DNA of 64,000 nucleotides from Escherichia coli (GTDB lineage Bacteria; Pseudomonadota; Gammaproteobacteria; Enterobacterales; Enterobacteriaceae): NCBI RefSeq assembly GCF_048403405.1, contig NZ_CP183135.1; one strand, 5' to 3'. Shown piece by piece: positions 25,403 to 37,965 of this stretch (position 1 is its first letter; each line of letters starts with the position of its first letter). The notes under the pieces were generated by a model. It saw only the letters and a program-made list of their open reading frames with translations, ran no database searches and was not told where the DNA came from. The position numbers and the translations under genes were made by a program.

Positions 25403-26008
25403 TCACGCCCGCCGTAAAATCCACGATGTGCACGTTCGCACCCCGTCAGCCCTGACGGAGGAAGCGCTGAAACGGATCGGCGAACTGTACGCCATCGAGG
25501 CAGAGATAAGGGGAATGACGGCGGAGCAACGCCTTGCCGAACGTCAGTTGAAAACGAAACCGCTGCTGAAATCCCTGGAAAGCTGGCTGCGTGAAAAGAT
25601 GAAAACCCTGTCGCGACACTCAGAACTGGCGAAAGCGTTCGCATACGCCCTGAACCAGTGGCCGGCGCTGACGTACTATGCAGATGATGGCTGGGCTGAG
25701 GCGGACAATAACATCGCTGAAAATGCGTTGCGGATGGTCAGTCTGGGCCGCAAAAACTACCTGTTCTTCGGTTCGGATCATGGAGGAGAGCGGGGAGCGC
25801 TGCTGTACAGCCTGATCGGGACGTGCAAACTGAACGGAGTGGAGCCAGAAAGCTACCTCCGCTATGTCCTTGACGTCATAGCCGACTGGCCGATAAACCG
25901 GGTCGGCGAACTGCTCCCCTGGCGCGTAGCACTGCCGACTGAATAACACATCCCCGTCAATACGGTTCTTGCTGCACGCTTACAATTTCAGGGCAGGGAA
26001 TAGTATTG

Positions 26009-26800
26009 TTAATTTCGGGAGAAACTTAAAGTTGCCACATCGACAGTTTCATCACACAGGCTTTTGTCCTGAAAACTTTTCTTATTTTGGACTTTCGCCA
26101 GCCACTGTCCAATATGAAGAGAAGGTACTGTGACGATACCATCCTCATTAGTTACAAAGGTGAGTTCTGCTTTATGAACAGGATGTTTGTGCTCAACTGC
26201 ATGAGTATGACGGGATGATTTCAGATAACTGACCGAGTCAAGCTCCATGATAGCTCCGGCGAGCGGGGACGTTTTATACAGGACTTTCAGCTTCACATCT
26301 TCACTGAAACGACTTATATCGGATAACGGAATGATTTCAAGCTCATGCCCCGTTGGAGACTGATAGAGTTGTGCTGGCATCTGCTGTTCACCAGGAATAA
26401 AAGATTTCGCATATTTAGTGACAAACTCACAGTAAGCCACATCATTTCTGCCCTCCCGGCTGACCGGTTTCCATCCTGAAGAGGTTCTCGACCAGTATCC
26501 CGGTTTCATATATGTTGACAAAACGTAGCCATTATCTTTGCTTGCAGACTCAGTTTTATAGACATAATCCGTGGACGCTGGCTTCAGTGTTATTGTCTCT
26601 TTCCCGTTATAAATCCGGGGATTTTCAAAGAAATTCCTTCTGTCAGGAATTGTGCCCTTTGAGGGGAAATTATGACCATAACCAATCTCTGCGGTAATGT
26701 TGTTCTCTGCCTGTTTACCTGTAATCCAGACATCGTGGGCCAGGACATGCCCCGATGCTGTCAGACAAAGAGCTAAGATATAACCTGTATTTTTCATCAT
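26009..26800 (-). CDS. periplasmic DUF4198-like protein, partner of the TonB-dependent receptor
   Basis: Signal peptide then HDVWI motif; 263 aa; lies directly downstream of the receptor gene. Confidence 0.4.
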   Translation of the reverse strand: MMKNTGYILALCLTASGHVLAHDVWITGKQAENNITAEIGYGHNFPSKGTIPDRRNFFENPRIYNGKETITLKPASTDYVYKTESASKDNGYVLSTYMKPGYWSRTSSGWKPVSREGRNDVAYCEFVTKYAKSFIPGEQQMPAQLYQSPTGHELEIIPLSDISRFSEDVKLKVLYKTSPLAGAIMELDSVSYLKSSRHTHAVEHKHPVHKAELTFVTNEDGIVTVPSLHIGQWLAKVQNKKSFQDKSLCDETVDVATLSFSRN

Positions 26801-26806
26801 GATTTG

Positions 26807-28776
26807 TTACCACTGATAACGGGTATAAAGACTGACAGTTCTGCCTGAAAGCGGCACTCCTTTGCCATTCATGGCAAGCTTGTTGAAGGCATTATCCAGA
26901 GCCACTGATGCCTCAAAGCCTTTAACACTTACAGGCTTATAAGACAGTGAAAAGGAATGTACGGCATAGCCAGCCTGATGGGGATCGCCTTTTTTCACAT
27001 GCGTGGCTGCTGCCGAAAGTTCAGCACGCCATCCGGCAGAAACTCCTCCATGACCAACAGGTATACTTATGTCACTGATGAGTGTGTCAGGATTGCCGGA
27101 GCCCAGCCATTCCCTGCTGCTGGCATCCATACTTTCCGTGCGGTTATAAGAAAGCATCCAGTCAAAATAATCAGACTGGTAATTTCCCTGCATATCCCAT
27201 CCCCAGATACGGGCCCGGGATACATTATAAGAATAAGAACGCATCCGTTTCATATCCACGCGCGTGGCAATATAGTTTCTGGCATCCGTTCCGAAATATC
27301 CGCCTTTCAACTGCAGCCGATCATTGCCTGTAAGCAGGCCGTCCAGTTGAATACCTGCGCCAATCTCACGGGTAATGTTATTTTCTGGTTTCAGATTAAG
27401 GTTAGGTACCCAGTAATTGGGTTTACCCTTGCGGTAAAAATGTACATCATCCCTGTACATTTCTGCCATTGTGGGGGCACGGAATGCAGAGGATATGGAG
27501 CCGTACATCATCAGCCAGTCTGTCGGTGAGACTGAAATCGCCGCCCTTGGGGACAGGCGTTCGGCTTTCAGTTCTCCGGCACGGGGATTGAAGCTCTTGT
27601 ACCGGTCATAGCGGGAACCGACGATAATGTTAACCGGGTAGCTTTTCATTGTCATTTCATCCTGGAAATACAACGATGTAAAGTCAATGTTTCCTTCCGG
27701 ATATAGTGTGGCAGAGCCTTCTGGCTTCTGCTGCTGACGGTAATATTCAGCGCCATAACTTAACTGATGGGCTCCCGGAAAAATCAGAGTATGACTCCTG
27801 TTGACAACATTAACACCGGAGGTTCTGTTGTTTCTCCATTCTGCCGTTTTGTTGTGACCGTTTGTCTTGATAGTGATATCACTGAGATATAAAGTTGACT
27901 TTACATTGATGAGGCTGTTATCCACAGGAGCGTACTGGTACCAGAACTGTACGTCATTTTGTACTGTTTTTCTGTCACGCAGGCCGCTGTCACCATGTGT
28001 CTGAGTGGGATTGCCCGGTTCAGTGGTGTTATTCCGGTAGAGACGCAAGCTGGCACCTGCTTTGTTACTGTCTGTTATACCGACAGAGCCTTTCGCAAAC
28101 AGGGCTGCAGGTTTTTCCTTGTTAGGTGCGCGCTCACCATCACTTTGATAGATATTACCTCTTTTACGCATAATGACAGAAAGGAGCGCATCTGTTTTTC
28201 CGGTTTTACCGAACCAGGTGAGCCCCGAGCCTGTGCTGTGGTCACCACTGGCGATATTTCCCCACAGACTTAAACCGTTTGTCTCTCCGGGGGAAGGAAA
28301 TCTGCTGCATCGGCAGTTCTGAAGTCCACAACACCTCCCAGCCCGCCACTGCCGTACAGACTGGAGTTTGGTCCGCGGACAACTTCGATACGTTTGACGA
28401 GTGCCGGATCCAGATAAGTGCCACTGCTTTTTGCCATGTCACTGAGTTGACGGATGCCGTCAACAAGAACAAGTACCCCGCTTTTGTCATAGCCGCGTAG
28501 ATTAAAGGTCTGCCCATTGGTCCGTCCTGCACCAGTCTGGCTGAGACCGGCAACACCTTTCAGCATGCCGGCTGATGTGACCGCATTCTGACTCCATGGC
28601 GTGTCATTCGTGACGACACTGACCATTGACGGCGTTTCAAATACCGTGTTCTGATTTCCTGTCGCGACAACGGTGATTGTATCTTTAGCCATAGAAGAAT
28701 GACTGGTCTCTGCCTGTAACCCTATCGGGAGTATGATTAATGTACAAATGACGTTTCTGATTACGTTCATATACAT
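26807..28776 (-). CDS. TonB-dependent outer-membrane receptor; reading frame broken once at a G5/C5 run (28289-28293)
   Basis: N-terminal part 28270..28776 carries signal peptide and plug domain; C-terminal part ends ...LYTRYQW; the two frames join cleanly across the homopolymer. Confidence 0.7.
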
Positions 28777-28797
28777 GCGAAAATATATGTTAATATT

Positions 28798-28815
28798 GAT
28801 ATGTTATAACATATC
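28798..28815. promoter_or_regulatory. 18-bp perfect palindrome GATATGTTATAACATATC in the receptor upstream region; possible metalloregulator operator
   Basis: Perfect dyad symmetry 22-39 nt upstream of the receptor start codon; AT-rich, Fur/Zur-box-like. Confidence 0.3.
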
Positions 28816-28966
28816 ATTTTATTAATGCAACCCTGATCACGCAGCGTTCAGTGATAACCAGTGAATAGCGACTCTAATACCCGGTCGCTCTGCAATGTAT
28901 CAGCGCCTGCGACCGATGCTATGGATATTGATTTTTCTACCGATAAAGAACCAGCAATACGGAATT

Positions 28967-29495
28967 TAGACTGGCCCCCTGAATCTCCAGACAACCAATA
29001 TCACTTAAATAAGTGATAGTCTTAATACTAGTTTTTAGACTAGTCATTGGAGAACAGATGATTGATGTCTTAGGACCGGAGAAACGCAGACGGCGTACTA
29101 CACAGGAAAAGATCGCTATTGTTCAGCAGAGCTTTGAACCGGGAATGACGGTCTCCCTTGTTGCCCGGCAACACGGTGTGGCAGCCAGCCAGTTATTTCT
29201 CTGGCGCAAGCAATACCAGGAGGGAAGTCTTACTGCTGTGGCCGCAGGAGAACAGGTCGTTCCTGCCTCTGAACTTGCTGCTGCCATGAAGCAGATTAAA
29301 GAACTCCAGCGCCTGCTCGGCAAAAAAACGATGGAAAATGAACTCCTTAAAGAAGCCGTTGAATATGGGCGTGCAAAAAAGTGGATAGCGCACGCGCCCT
29401 TATTGCCCGGGGATGGGGAGTAAGCTTAGTCAGCCGTTGTCTCCGGGTGTCGCGTGCGCAGTTGCACGTCATTCTCAGACGAACCGATGACTGGA
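28967..29495 (+). mobile_element. IS2 left-end fragment (~529 bp)
   Basis: IS2 terminus TAGACTGGCCCCCTGAATCTCCAGACAACC... at 28967; similarity ends after ...RRTDDW near 29495. Confidence 0.85.
29058..29423 (+). CDS. insC: IS2 OrfA (InsC)
   Basis: [56 protein letters not shown]... 121 aa. Confidence 0.85.
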
Positions 29496-30018
29496 AATAT
29501 AGGGGCAAATCCACATCCTTACTTTTCCGTAAGGATTTTAGCGGGTCAAAACAGCGTTCCATGCCGGACTGATGATCTACATACTTAGAGTCACATACCA
29601 AAGTAAAACTATGGATGTATGCAAGCCTGCATCGTCAGGAGGTTAAATTTCAGACCTGCCAGTTACCGCGTAAATGGCTTGATATATGACTAATTTATTT
29701 GCACAGGATTTTTACGACAACGCTCTGAACCAGCAGTTGACGGGATATATAGTTGAGCTCATTACAGATAAAGCTTTTCTGTATCTCTGGCGGTGGTCAT
29801 AGACCAGTAATCGTTATTGGTTGTTCTATATTATCCCGTATGACGGTACAACGTTTTTAACAACTGGCGCTGTCACAACATAAGCCACCCCAAAATATTA
29901 TATGAGTAACAATAGTCTATATAGGAGCGTAAATTACCTACTATCAAATACTTACTCCAATAGCATTTCTGTCTATTCTATTTCAATTCTTTAATAGAAA
30001 AATAAGGTTAGATAATAT

Positions 30019-30291
30019 ATGACTCCCTCCCCCTATCCAAGAAATAACTTTAATACAGAGCTAATTCAATCATGTATGAATGGAGAACACTTTTCACTTT
30101 TAATTGAAATATCACCAATCAGAAGTAAAAAAAACATCATGGCTCTTAAGGAGTATTTGGTTGATGGTTATTCAAAGCAAGAAAGTTGTGAAAGGAACAA
30201 TGTTTCCATTAGTTATTTTTGCCTATGCCTAAAAAAACTAAACTATACACACAGTATTGTTAGTGCTCTTAAATATTTCTACCGTGAGTAA
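30019..30291 (+). CDS. small PapB/FaeB-family-like transcriptional regulator (orphan, in low-GC island)
   Basis: ...HFSLLIEISPIRSKKNIMALKEYLVDGYSKQESCERNNVSISYFCLCLKKLNY... resembles the PapB core HFFLLIGISSIHS...AMKDYLV.G.S..E.C; no fimbrial genes nearby. Confidence 0.4.
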   Translation: MTPSPYPRNNFNTELIQSCMNGEHFSLLIEISPIRSKKNIMALKEYLVDGYSKQESCERNNVSISYFCLCLKKLNYTHSIVSALKYFYRE

Positions 30292-30807
30292 ACTGTAACT
30301 GAAGTCTTGATTCTTACGCTTAGACACTGCTAAGCCGTTATGGCATAGCTGATAATTTATATTGCACTATGTCAGCTACTGTAAGATAATATAAGCTATT
30401 TTAAAGAAAACTCTGTCATTCATCATTTTGTTTAATGATAGGTTTTGTTATTAATATAAAAGAACATGCTCATTCATTAAAATAAAAACAAGATGTTCTT
30501 TTATTATTTTCATTCCCTACGGGGTTAGTCCTTGATTCATTTTCAGTATCTTCTAACTCATTCATTTGCCGATTACTTTAATTCACAGTCTTGTTTTTTA
30601 TCCTGCCTATTGGAGATAAAAGTGGTATCGATGGATGCCGAGTGTGTTGCACATGCAGTATTCTCAGGAATAAGAACTGTCACTTCCAAAACACGCGATA
30701 TATGATTGAATCTCTGTGGGGGGATAAAAACTTGCCTTTTTCCGCAGTCTGAAAACAGGATGGGGGCGACGGATGGTTACGCAGGCAAGGGCGAGGTTCG
30801 GAAATAA

Positions 30808-31059
<252 letters not shown>

Positions 31060-31137
31060 TAGCCAAGTCAAGTTCATCTTGCCATCACTATTTTTCCATA
31101 CCGCATTACTATCTAATACAGTCGCACGAGCGGCCTT

Positions 31138-32306
31138 CTAATTTGAGGGTTTCGAGCCCTGAAGAGGCATATCCCATCGTTTTACAGATATTGCAGAAAT
31201 TGGTACGCAATATGCTGCTTCTTCCTGGAGTTTCTTCCTGGTATTTGTATCGAAGTCTACATTAAGCAGGTCGAACTTCCAGCTTTCCCGATAAAACCTT
31301 ATAATATCCTTGGGACAAAGGAGAATAAACTGGTTTGTCGTAAACATAGAAACAGCCTGCACAGAGTAATATTCCCCCGGTTTTATATTTTTTTTACCCC
31401 ATACTGCATTGGAAAAAAACTCCTCCGGATATTCACTTGTTTTAATAATGTAGCTATGTATTTTGAAGTCACTTATACCTGAGAGCTTAATAACTGAATG
31501 GGTAAAAATTACTGGTAATACGGTTATTTGAGTCGATATAACTAATAATATCATCAAGGATGCGACAAATGCAGAACTAATTCTTTTAGAAAGTTTATGC
31601 TGTGGATTCATTTTTAGATAAATGAGGCCGGGAAGTATTGTCAGAATAAAAATAAAATATGACATGAAAGCCAGTTCAGCTATCACTTTGAAATTAATAC
31701 TCTTATCTGAAGTTTCAATATTCCTAAAAACCATCTCCAGTGGAATTACCTGAAGATGCACCAGTAAAGCAATAGACAACGGAATGATAAGATAGATCTG
31801 AACACGTCTCAACAGTTTCATTCTATTATTTTTAAACGATAAGTCATATTCAAGATACCTCGTGTTTATTATGGCTGAAATAACAACTATTAGTACTCCT
31901 ATACTTAAAATAGATAACCAGCCAGAGTTATCTTTAACACTCTGGTCAAAATCAAATGCACAGTATAACACGTATATAAAGGCCATGGGGAAGAGGCCAG
32001 ATAACATCATTACAGATAAAAAATTACCCTGAATCTTATTGTAAGCAGGAAGATTTTTTATATCATAAGGAATAACTATTGGTATAAAAAAAGATGTTAT
32101 AAAAAAATAAAAATGATCATAATCAATGATAGAATAGTTGTACAACAAACCAATACCAAGATGCTTTTAATATTCATCACATCAAAGAAAATATCAAGTC
32201 GATCCAGACGACTGAAATATCCCCAGAGAACTATCAACGCAATCCCTGATATAATACTTGATGGTGTTAATACTGAAACTATTAGCGTCTTCCACTTCTG
32301 ATTCAT
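31138..32306 (-). CDS. hypothetical polytopic membrane protein with ~110-aa C-terminal soluble domain; frame broken in an A7 run (~32085-32107)
   Basis: Two overlapping minus-strand ORFs (32097..32306 and 31138..32148) that both look like TM segments; low GC; no family recognised. Confidence 0.4.
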
Positions 32307-32981
32307 TTTAACTTCCTGGTTTTGCTATAAAGAGAGCATAAAAAAGAGTGAATAAGTTATTACACTTCATTGTTTGACTCCTCGCAGTAACCTTTCAGGA
32401 AGGTTGTCGGATATTTTTGATAAATTATGTCATAAACATATTATTGTAAGTAATGATTTCACTAAATTTATTTGATCGTCGTCATAATATTTTTAATCTG
32501 AATATAGAAGATGATTGTGTCATATGCAGTATGATATAAAACGTTAAAAGTGACTGAATAGATAACAGTTCATGCATGAACAAGACCATAACATAACATA
32601 ATAAAATATGCTTATTATGCATAACCTTATGTTGTGACTAAGCCGCCTTAAAACTGAGAAGTAGCTAAGAATATGGCGTCAGACACCTTCAGTTGTCGTA
32701 GAAGGTTATCTGCAGGATTTTTCTCCGTATCTGCCTGTTCCTGGCATTACCCCAATTCTCCCAAAAACGGCAAACCAGCCCTCAGCCCGCGCCACGACTG
32801 GCTTAATACGGGATCCCTGCTGCAAAACATACCTTTACGTATTTGGTTTTACCCGCAATAATGCGTGATAAGCAAACAAAAGGATCCGCGCGCTGCGATT
32901 TATTGTCGTGGAAGGATCCGGGCGTTCAGGTCAGAATACCTGTATCCATAAACAGTGCGTGTGCTACGTGAAAAATAACTC

Positions 32982-33722
32982 ATGAACAATGTCATTCCCC
33001 TGCAGAATTCACCAGAACGCGTCTCCCTGTTACCCATTGCGCCGGGGGTGGATTTTGCAACAGCGCTCTCCCTGAGAAGAATGGCCACTTCCACGGGGGC
33101 CACACCGGCCTACCTGCTGGCCCCGGAAGTGAGTGCCCTTCTCTTCTATATGCCGGATCAGCGTCACCATATGCTGTTCGCCACCCTCTGGAATACCGGA
33201 ATGCGTATTGGCGAAGCCCGGATGCTGACGCCGGAATCATTTGACCTGAATGGAGTAAGACCGTTTGTGCGGATCCTGTCCGAAAAAGTGCGTGCGCGAC
33301 GCGGACGCCCGCCAAAAGATGAAGTGCGACTGGTGCCGCTGACAGATATAAGCTATGTCAGGCAGATGGAAAGCTGGATGATCACCACCCGGCCCCGTCG
33401 TCGTGAACCATTATGGGCCGTGACCGACGAAACCATGCGCAACTGGCTGAAGCAGGCTGTCAGACGGGCCGAAGCTGACGGGGTACACTTTTCGATTCCG
33501 GTCACACCACACACCTTCCGGCACAGCTATATCATGCACATGCTCTATCACCGCCAGCCCCGGAAAGTCATCCAGGCACTGGCTGGTCACAGGGATCCAC
33601 GTTCGATGGAGGTTTATACCAGAGTGTTTGCACTGGATATGGCTGCCACGCTGGCAGTGCCTTTCACAGGTGACGGGCGGGATGCTGCGGAGATCCTGCG
33701 TACACTGCCTCCCCTGAGGTGA
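32982..33722 (+). CDS. int: tyrosine site-specific recombinase (RepFIB-associated integrase/resolvase)
   Basis: C-terminal catalytic motifs ...[16 protein letters not shown]...[16 protein letters not shown]; paralogous to the F-type ResD at 58559. Confidence 0.8.
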   Translation: MNNVIPLQNSPERVSLLPIAPGVDFATALSLRRMATSTGATPAYLLAPEVSALLFYMPDQRHHMLFATLWNTGMRIGEARMLTPESFDLNGVRPFVRILSEKVRARRGRPPKDEVRLVPLTDISYVRQMESWMITTRPRRREPLWAVTDETMRNWLKQAVRRAEADGVHFSIPVTPHTFRHSYIMHMLYHRQPRKVIQALAGHRDPRSMEVYTRVFALDMAATLAVPFTGDGRDAAEILRTLPPLR

Positions 33723-33729
33723 CGGCATA

Positions 33730-34005
33730 CGCGCTTCCTTATATAAGCTGTGGTCAGCAGAACAGACATAACATAAGCTGGAGCATGTATATAAGCTGTA
33801 GTGAGTAAGTCATGTTTTATGAAGGGAGCAATGCCTCAGCATCAGGTTACGGGATCACTTACGTAAGGGACAGGCAGATGGCAGCTCAGCTACAGACAGC
33901 ACTGCAGGAAACAGAATATAAACTGCAGTGAGCAGACCACTCACTGCACCGGTTAATATAAGCTGTAGTCAGTAAAGGAGCGCTCTTCACTGACTACAGT
34001 TTATG
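33730..34005. repeat. RepFIB iteron set downstream of repA
   Basis: Repeated TATATAAGCTGTGGTCAG / ATATAAGCTGTAGTGAG / TAATATAAGCTGTAGTCAG units. Confidence 0.6.
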
Positions 34006-34006
34006 T

Positions 34007-34984
34007 TCAGCGGGATTTGAAGAGTTTTTCCAGGTCATCCAGCGTGATGCCCAGTTTCTCAAGCAGGGCAAGCTTCTCCGCCATCTCCGGACTGACTTTT
34101 TCCGCAGGTGAAGGTTGCAACGGATTTTCCTTACTCTCGTCATTCGGCGCTTTTAACCGGGGACGCCGGTAGTGAATACAGAAGAATTTTGTCCGCCCCC
34201 GCTGGATCTCCGTGTAATCAAGATATCCAATCTCGCGCAACTGCTCCATTGCCCGTCTGACCGTCTGGTTCTGGGAAAATACAGGAGACTTCAGATTGAG
34301 GCGTGCACGCAGCCGCGCCAGCGATATCGGTGCCGGATCCCGGGGCAGGCTCTCTATAAAGGTGTAGAGTGCCTGGGCGGACTCCCGTCGCTTCAGGGCA
34401 TTAATCGCCTTAAGCTGGAGAAGGACTTTTCTGTCAAACTGGTACAGTTCAAACAGGCGGGGATCGGCCTGTAACTGCACAATATCCCGCTCAGTATCGT
34501 AGTAAGCTGACTGTACCAGATGGGTGATATATTCCCGGGTGTGCTTCTCATCGGTACGGGAAAACGAAATCACGGTACCGGCAATGCGCTTCAGGGAAGG
34601 GCTGATGCGCTCACGCAGCCTGCGGGATGACTGGCTTGAAGGTATACCACACAGTTTTGCAAACTCAACAAAAGGCAGTTCAACTTTGTCACCAATCACG
34701 TTATGGCGGGCAAAGGAATGAATGATCCCCACCCAGGTCTTGAAATCATTATCCATATCCAGGCGGGGGCCGGTGATCTCAACCTTATCGAATCCCTCAG
34801 CACGGGCCAGGGAAAGACGTGTCAGCTCTTCCGTGGCATCAGTACGTGACAGTGTATTTTTTTTACTGTTCTTCAGTGATTTAAGGGTCGGTACAAAAAC
34901 GCCCAGACGCATCAGCGCCACAGGTTGTACGGTGTTGTTATTGTTTGGTGTCAGTGTCACCAGCTCACCGGAGGACTTATCCAC
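34007..34984 (-). CDS. repA: replication initiation protein RepA of the RepFIB replicon
   Basis: 325-aa [33 protein letters not shown]... recognised as RepFIB RepA and flanked on both sides by iterons. Confidence 0.85.
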   Translation of the reverse strand: MDKSSGELVTLTPNNNNTVQPVALMRLGVFVPTLKSLKNSKKNTLSRTDATEELTRLSLARAEGFDKVEITGPRLDMDNDFKTWVGIIHSFARHNVIGDKVELPFVEFAKLCGIPSSQSSRRLRERISPSLKRIAGTVISFSRTDEKHTREYITHLVQSAYYDTERDIVQLQADPRLFELYQFDRKVLLQLKAINALKRRESAQALYTFIESLPRDPAPISLARLRARLNLKSPVFSQNQTVRRAMEQLREIGYLDYTEIQRGRTKFFCIHYRRPRLKAPNDESKENPLQPSPAEKVSPEMAEKLALLEKLGITLDDLEKLFKSR

Positions 34985-35049
34985 CTCGCCGAACAGTTTT
35001 TTGATGTCTGAATTTTCGTTTTCCAGAAAGCCTCCAGCCTGTGGACAGT

Positions 35050-35250
35050 AAAAGAATAAACAGAAAATCGTGTGTCAGAACTCCGCTAACTGACTGAAGA
35101 AAAACCTGCAGCCTGTATTTAACAACTGAGTCTGGCATACTGACCATAGTTTATGTCATTAACTTACTTCAGTATATGGATTACTGAATACAGCTTATCA
35201 TTAGCATGTTACAGTTTATCAGTAACATGCCACAGCTTATGTGATCGTGG
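35050..35250. repeat. RepFIB iteron set upstream of repA (origin/operator region)
   Basis: Repeated ATACAGCTTAT / TTACAGTTTATCAG / CCACAGCTTATGTG units. Confidence 0.5.
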
Positions 35251-35729
35251 TCCCGGCCCATGAGTGACAAGGTTTGCAGCGATATGGGGATCTTTAATGG
35301 ATCCTTTGTTGATCATTCATGGATCTGTTTACTGGATCGGGCCTCCGGATATGTGGATAAATCATTCCAGAAGGACAGCGCACACAACCGTTTTATGAAA
35401 GGGCTTCAGGGCGTACCTGCTCCCTGTAACTACAGATACATTGCGCTTCCTCGCCGGTTCGCGGGCTTCGCCCGGTCACCGGTCTGCGGCGAGCACTGTT
35501 TTTTCTGATGTCTGTCTTTACAGGTAATTTTTGACGGAATCTGCCGTACTTCCTGAGCGTACGGTCATATCCGAAGTACACTTCATATGTGTGTTTCAAT
35601 GCCAGGGATTGTGTATACAAACTACAGGTGTCAGCGCCAGTGATATAAGACGGTAATTCACCATTTGGATTGTCCGCTCCACCCAACATGTTGTTTCCTT
35701 AAGGTTCTCACACCAGAAAGGACATCAAC

Positions 35730-36086
35730 ATGCTGAGCAGAGAGGACTTTTACATGATAAAGCAAATGCGCCAGCAGGGCGCGTACATTGTCGATATTGC
35801 GGCTCAGATTGGTTGCTCTGAACGGACGGTCAGACGCTACCTCAAATACCCTGAACCGCCAGCCAGAAAGACCCGCCACAAAATGGTTAAGCTGAAACCG
35901 TTTATGGATTACATCGACATGCGCCTGGCAGAGAATGTCTGGAATAGCGAGGTTATCTTCGCGGAGATTAAGGCAATGGGTTATACGGGCGGACGTTCCA
36001 TGCTGCGTTACTACATCCAGCCCAAACGTAAAATGCGTCCGTCAAAAAGAACAAGGAGAGAGTTACCGGTTAAAAGAGAAACGTAA
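35730..36086 (+). pseudogene. IS21-family IstA N-terminal fragment fused by internal deletion to an IstB C-terminal tail
   Basis: MLSREDFYMIKQMRQQGAYIVDIAAQIGCSERTVRRYLKYPEP... then ...ESYRLKEKRKAGV in overlapping ORF 35935..36159. Confidence 0.55.
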
Positions 36087-36343
36087 AGCTGGAGTGCTGA
36101 CCAAAAACACAACGCCAATCAGTGATGATGAAATGGTGCAAAGCGGACAGCATCAGTAACGAAAGTATTTAGCGGGCATGAAAATGGCAAATAACGGTCA
36201 AACATCGTGGCGTTGACATAGTCGCAGTTTTGGTGAACGAATCACAGACAAAGATGCCATGCACCAGGCTGTTGTTCAGTATGCAGAGCGGGCCGCAGAG
36301 AAACTACGTGGGGAGCGTCAGTATTGCCGGCAGGTGACGACAT

Positions 36344-36733
36344 TTGTACGGACATCCCCCTGAACCCTGTTACAGCAATGCCGCTGTGGAAAAGCTTTCA
36401 TTGCCCACACAGGACAGCCGGGACATTATTGCCGCCGCATGCAGAGCCTTAAACCATGTCTGGCGTGAAGGGTACCGCTATATGAAGGCAGGAGTCATGC
36501 TGGCTGATTTCACACCATCGGGTATAGCGCAGCCGGGATTATTTGATGAAATCCAGCCCCGTAAAAACAGTGAAAAGTTAATGAAAACACTCGATGAACT
36601 GAACCAGTCGGGAAAAGGGAAAGTGTGGTTTGCGGGGCGAGGAACCGCCCCTGAATGGCAAATGAAACGGGAAATGTTGAGTCAGTGTTATACAACTAAA
36701 TGGCGAGATATTCCCCTGGCCAGGCTGGGTTAG
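36344..36733 (+). pseudogene. UmuC/MucB/ImpB-type error-prone polymerase, C-terminal fragment
   Basis: ...EGYRYMKAGVMLADF...GKGKVWFAGRG...MKREMLSQCYTTKWRDIPLA matches the UmuC C-terminal region; no N-terminal catalytic domain. Confidence 0.55.
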
Positions 36734-36912
36734 TTCAGTCATCTCCGAACATATTTTCAGCGTTTCTTCTGGTCTGGTCTTCACCGTCATTTCTCGACAG
36801 ACTCTGCTCTGTAAGGGGAGTACTGCAATCCACAGACGTATGGAGACCAGATTGTTTTTCCAGTAATTCAATCAATTTCTTTTCAACCGAAAAAGCAGGT
36901 AATGACTCCAAC

Positions 36913-37416
36913 TTATTGATAGTGTTTTATGTTCAGATAATGCCCGATGACTTTGTCATGCAGCTCCACCGATTTTGAGAACGACAGCGACTTCCGTCCC
37001 AGCCGTGCCAGGTGCTGCCTCAGATTCAGGTTATGCCGCTCAATTCGCTGCGTATATCGCTTGCTGATTACGTGCAGCTTTCCCTTCAGGCGGGATTCAT
37101 ACAGCGGCCAGCCATCCGTCATCCATATCACCACGTCAAAGGGTGACAGCAGGCTCATAAGACGCCCCAGCGTCGCCATCGTGCGTTCACCGAATACGTG
37201 CGCAACAACCGTCTTCCGGAGCCTGTCATACGCGTAAAACAGCCAGCGCTGGCGCGATTTAGCCCCGACATAGCCCCACTGTTCGTCCATTTCCGCGCAG
37301 ACGATGACGTCACTGCCCGGCTGTATGCGCGAGGTTACCGACTGCGGCCTGAGTTTTTTAAGTGACGTAAAATCGTGTTGAGGCCAACGCCCATAATGCG
37401 GGCTGTTGCCCGGCAT
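36913..37416 (-). CDS. insB: IS1 InsB
   Basis: 167-aa InsB ORF. Confidence 0.8.
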
Positions 37417-37610
37417 CCAACGCCATTCATGGCCATATCAATGATTTTCTGGTGCGTACCGGGTTGAGAAGCGGTGTAAGTGAACTGCAGTTGCCATGTT
37501 TTACGGCAGTGAGAGCAGAGATAGCGCTGATGTCCGGCGGTGCTTTTGCCGTTACGCACCACCCCGTCAGTAGCTGAACAGGAGGGACAGCTGATAGAAA
37601 CAGAAGCCAC
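37335..37610 (-). CDS. insA: IS1 InsA
   Basis: 91-aa InsA ORF. Confidence 0.85.
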
Positions 37611-37870
37611 TGGAGCACCTCAAAAACACCATCATACACTAAATCAGTAAGTTGGCAGCATCACCGATCCCTTCATTTAGTGACTGCCCCTGGGTTTTTC
37701 ATGCTCTCCTGCGTCCTAGAGAACTTGCCAATAACCTACATTATTTTTGCTTTGCCATTACCAATCGTCCTGAACAAGTTCATTTTAAAGCCAAAGCGCT
37801 GCCCAACTTTTATCCTCAATACCACATCGTCAGCAGGAAATAACCTAATCCCTGTGTTGGGATCTTATAA

Positions 37871-37930
37871 TCGCTAATGATAATTATTTACATTTTATAG
37901 CTTCTGCTATAAAACATAGTAGTTGCTATG
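37871..37930 (+). promoter_or_regulatory. sit operon control region with Fur-box-like and MntR-box-like palindromes
   Basis: AATCGCTAATGATAATTATTTAC (Fur-like) and AAACATAGTAGTTGCTATGTTT (palindromic, MntR-like) within 100 bp of the sitA start. Confidence 0.45.
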
Positions 37931-37965
37931 TTTATTCTAATTTTGCTCACTATAGGTACTAAATC

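Larger units (their letters stand above)
36898..37665 (-). mobile_element. IS1 copy 2 (768 bp), no flanking target duplication
   Basis: Ends fixed from insB/insA geometry; 9-bp flanks GAAAAAGCA and GATCCCTTC differ. Confidence 0.9.

Noticed and set aside
35260-35700. Two overlapping small ORFs (82 and 98 aa) beside the RepFIB origin iterons
   Set aside because: No recognisable domains, opposite strands overlapping each other; more likely non-coding origin-flanking sequence.
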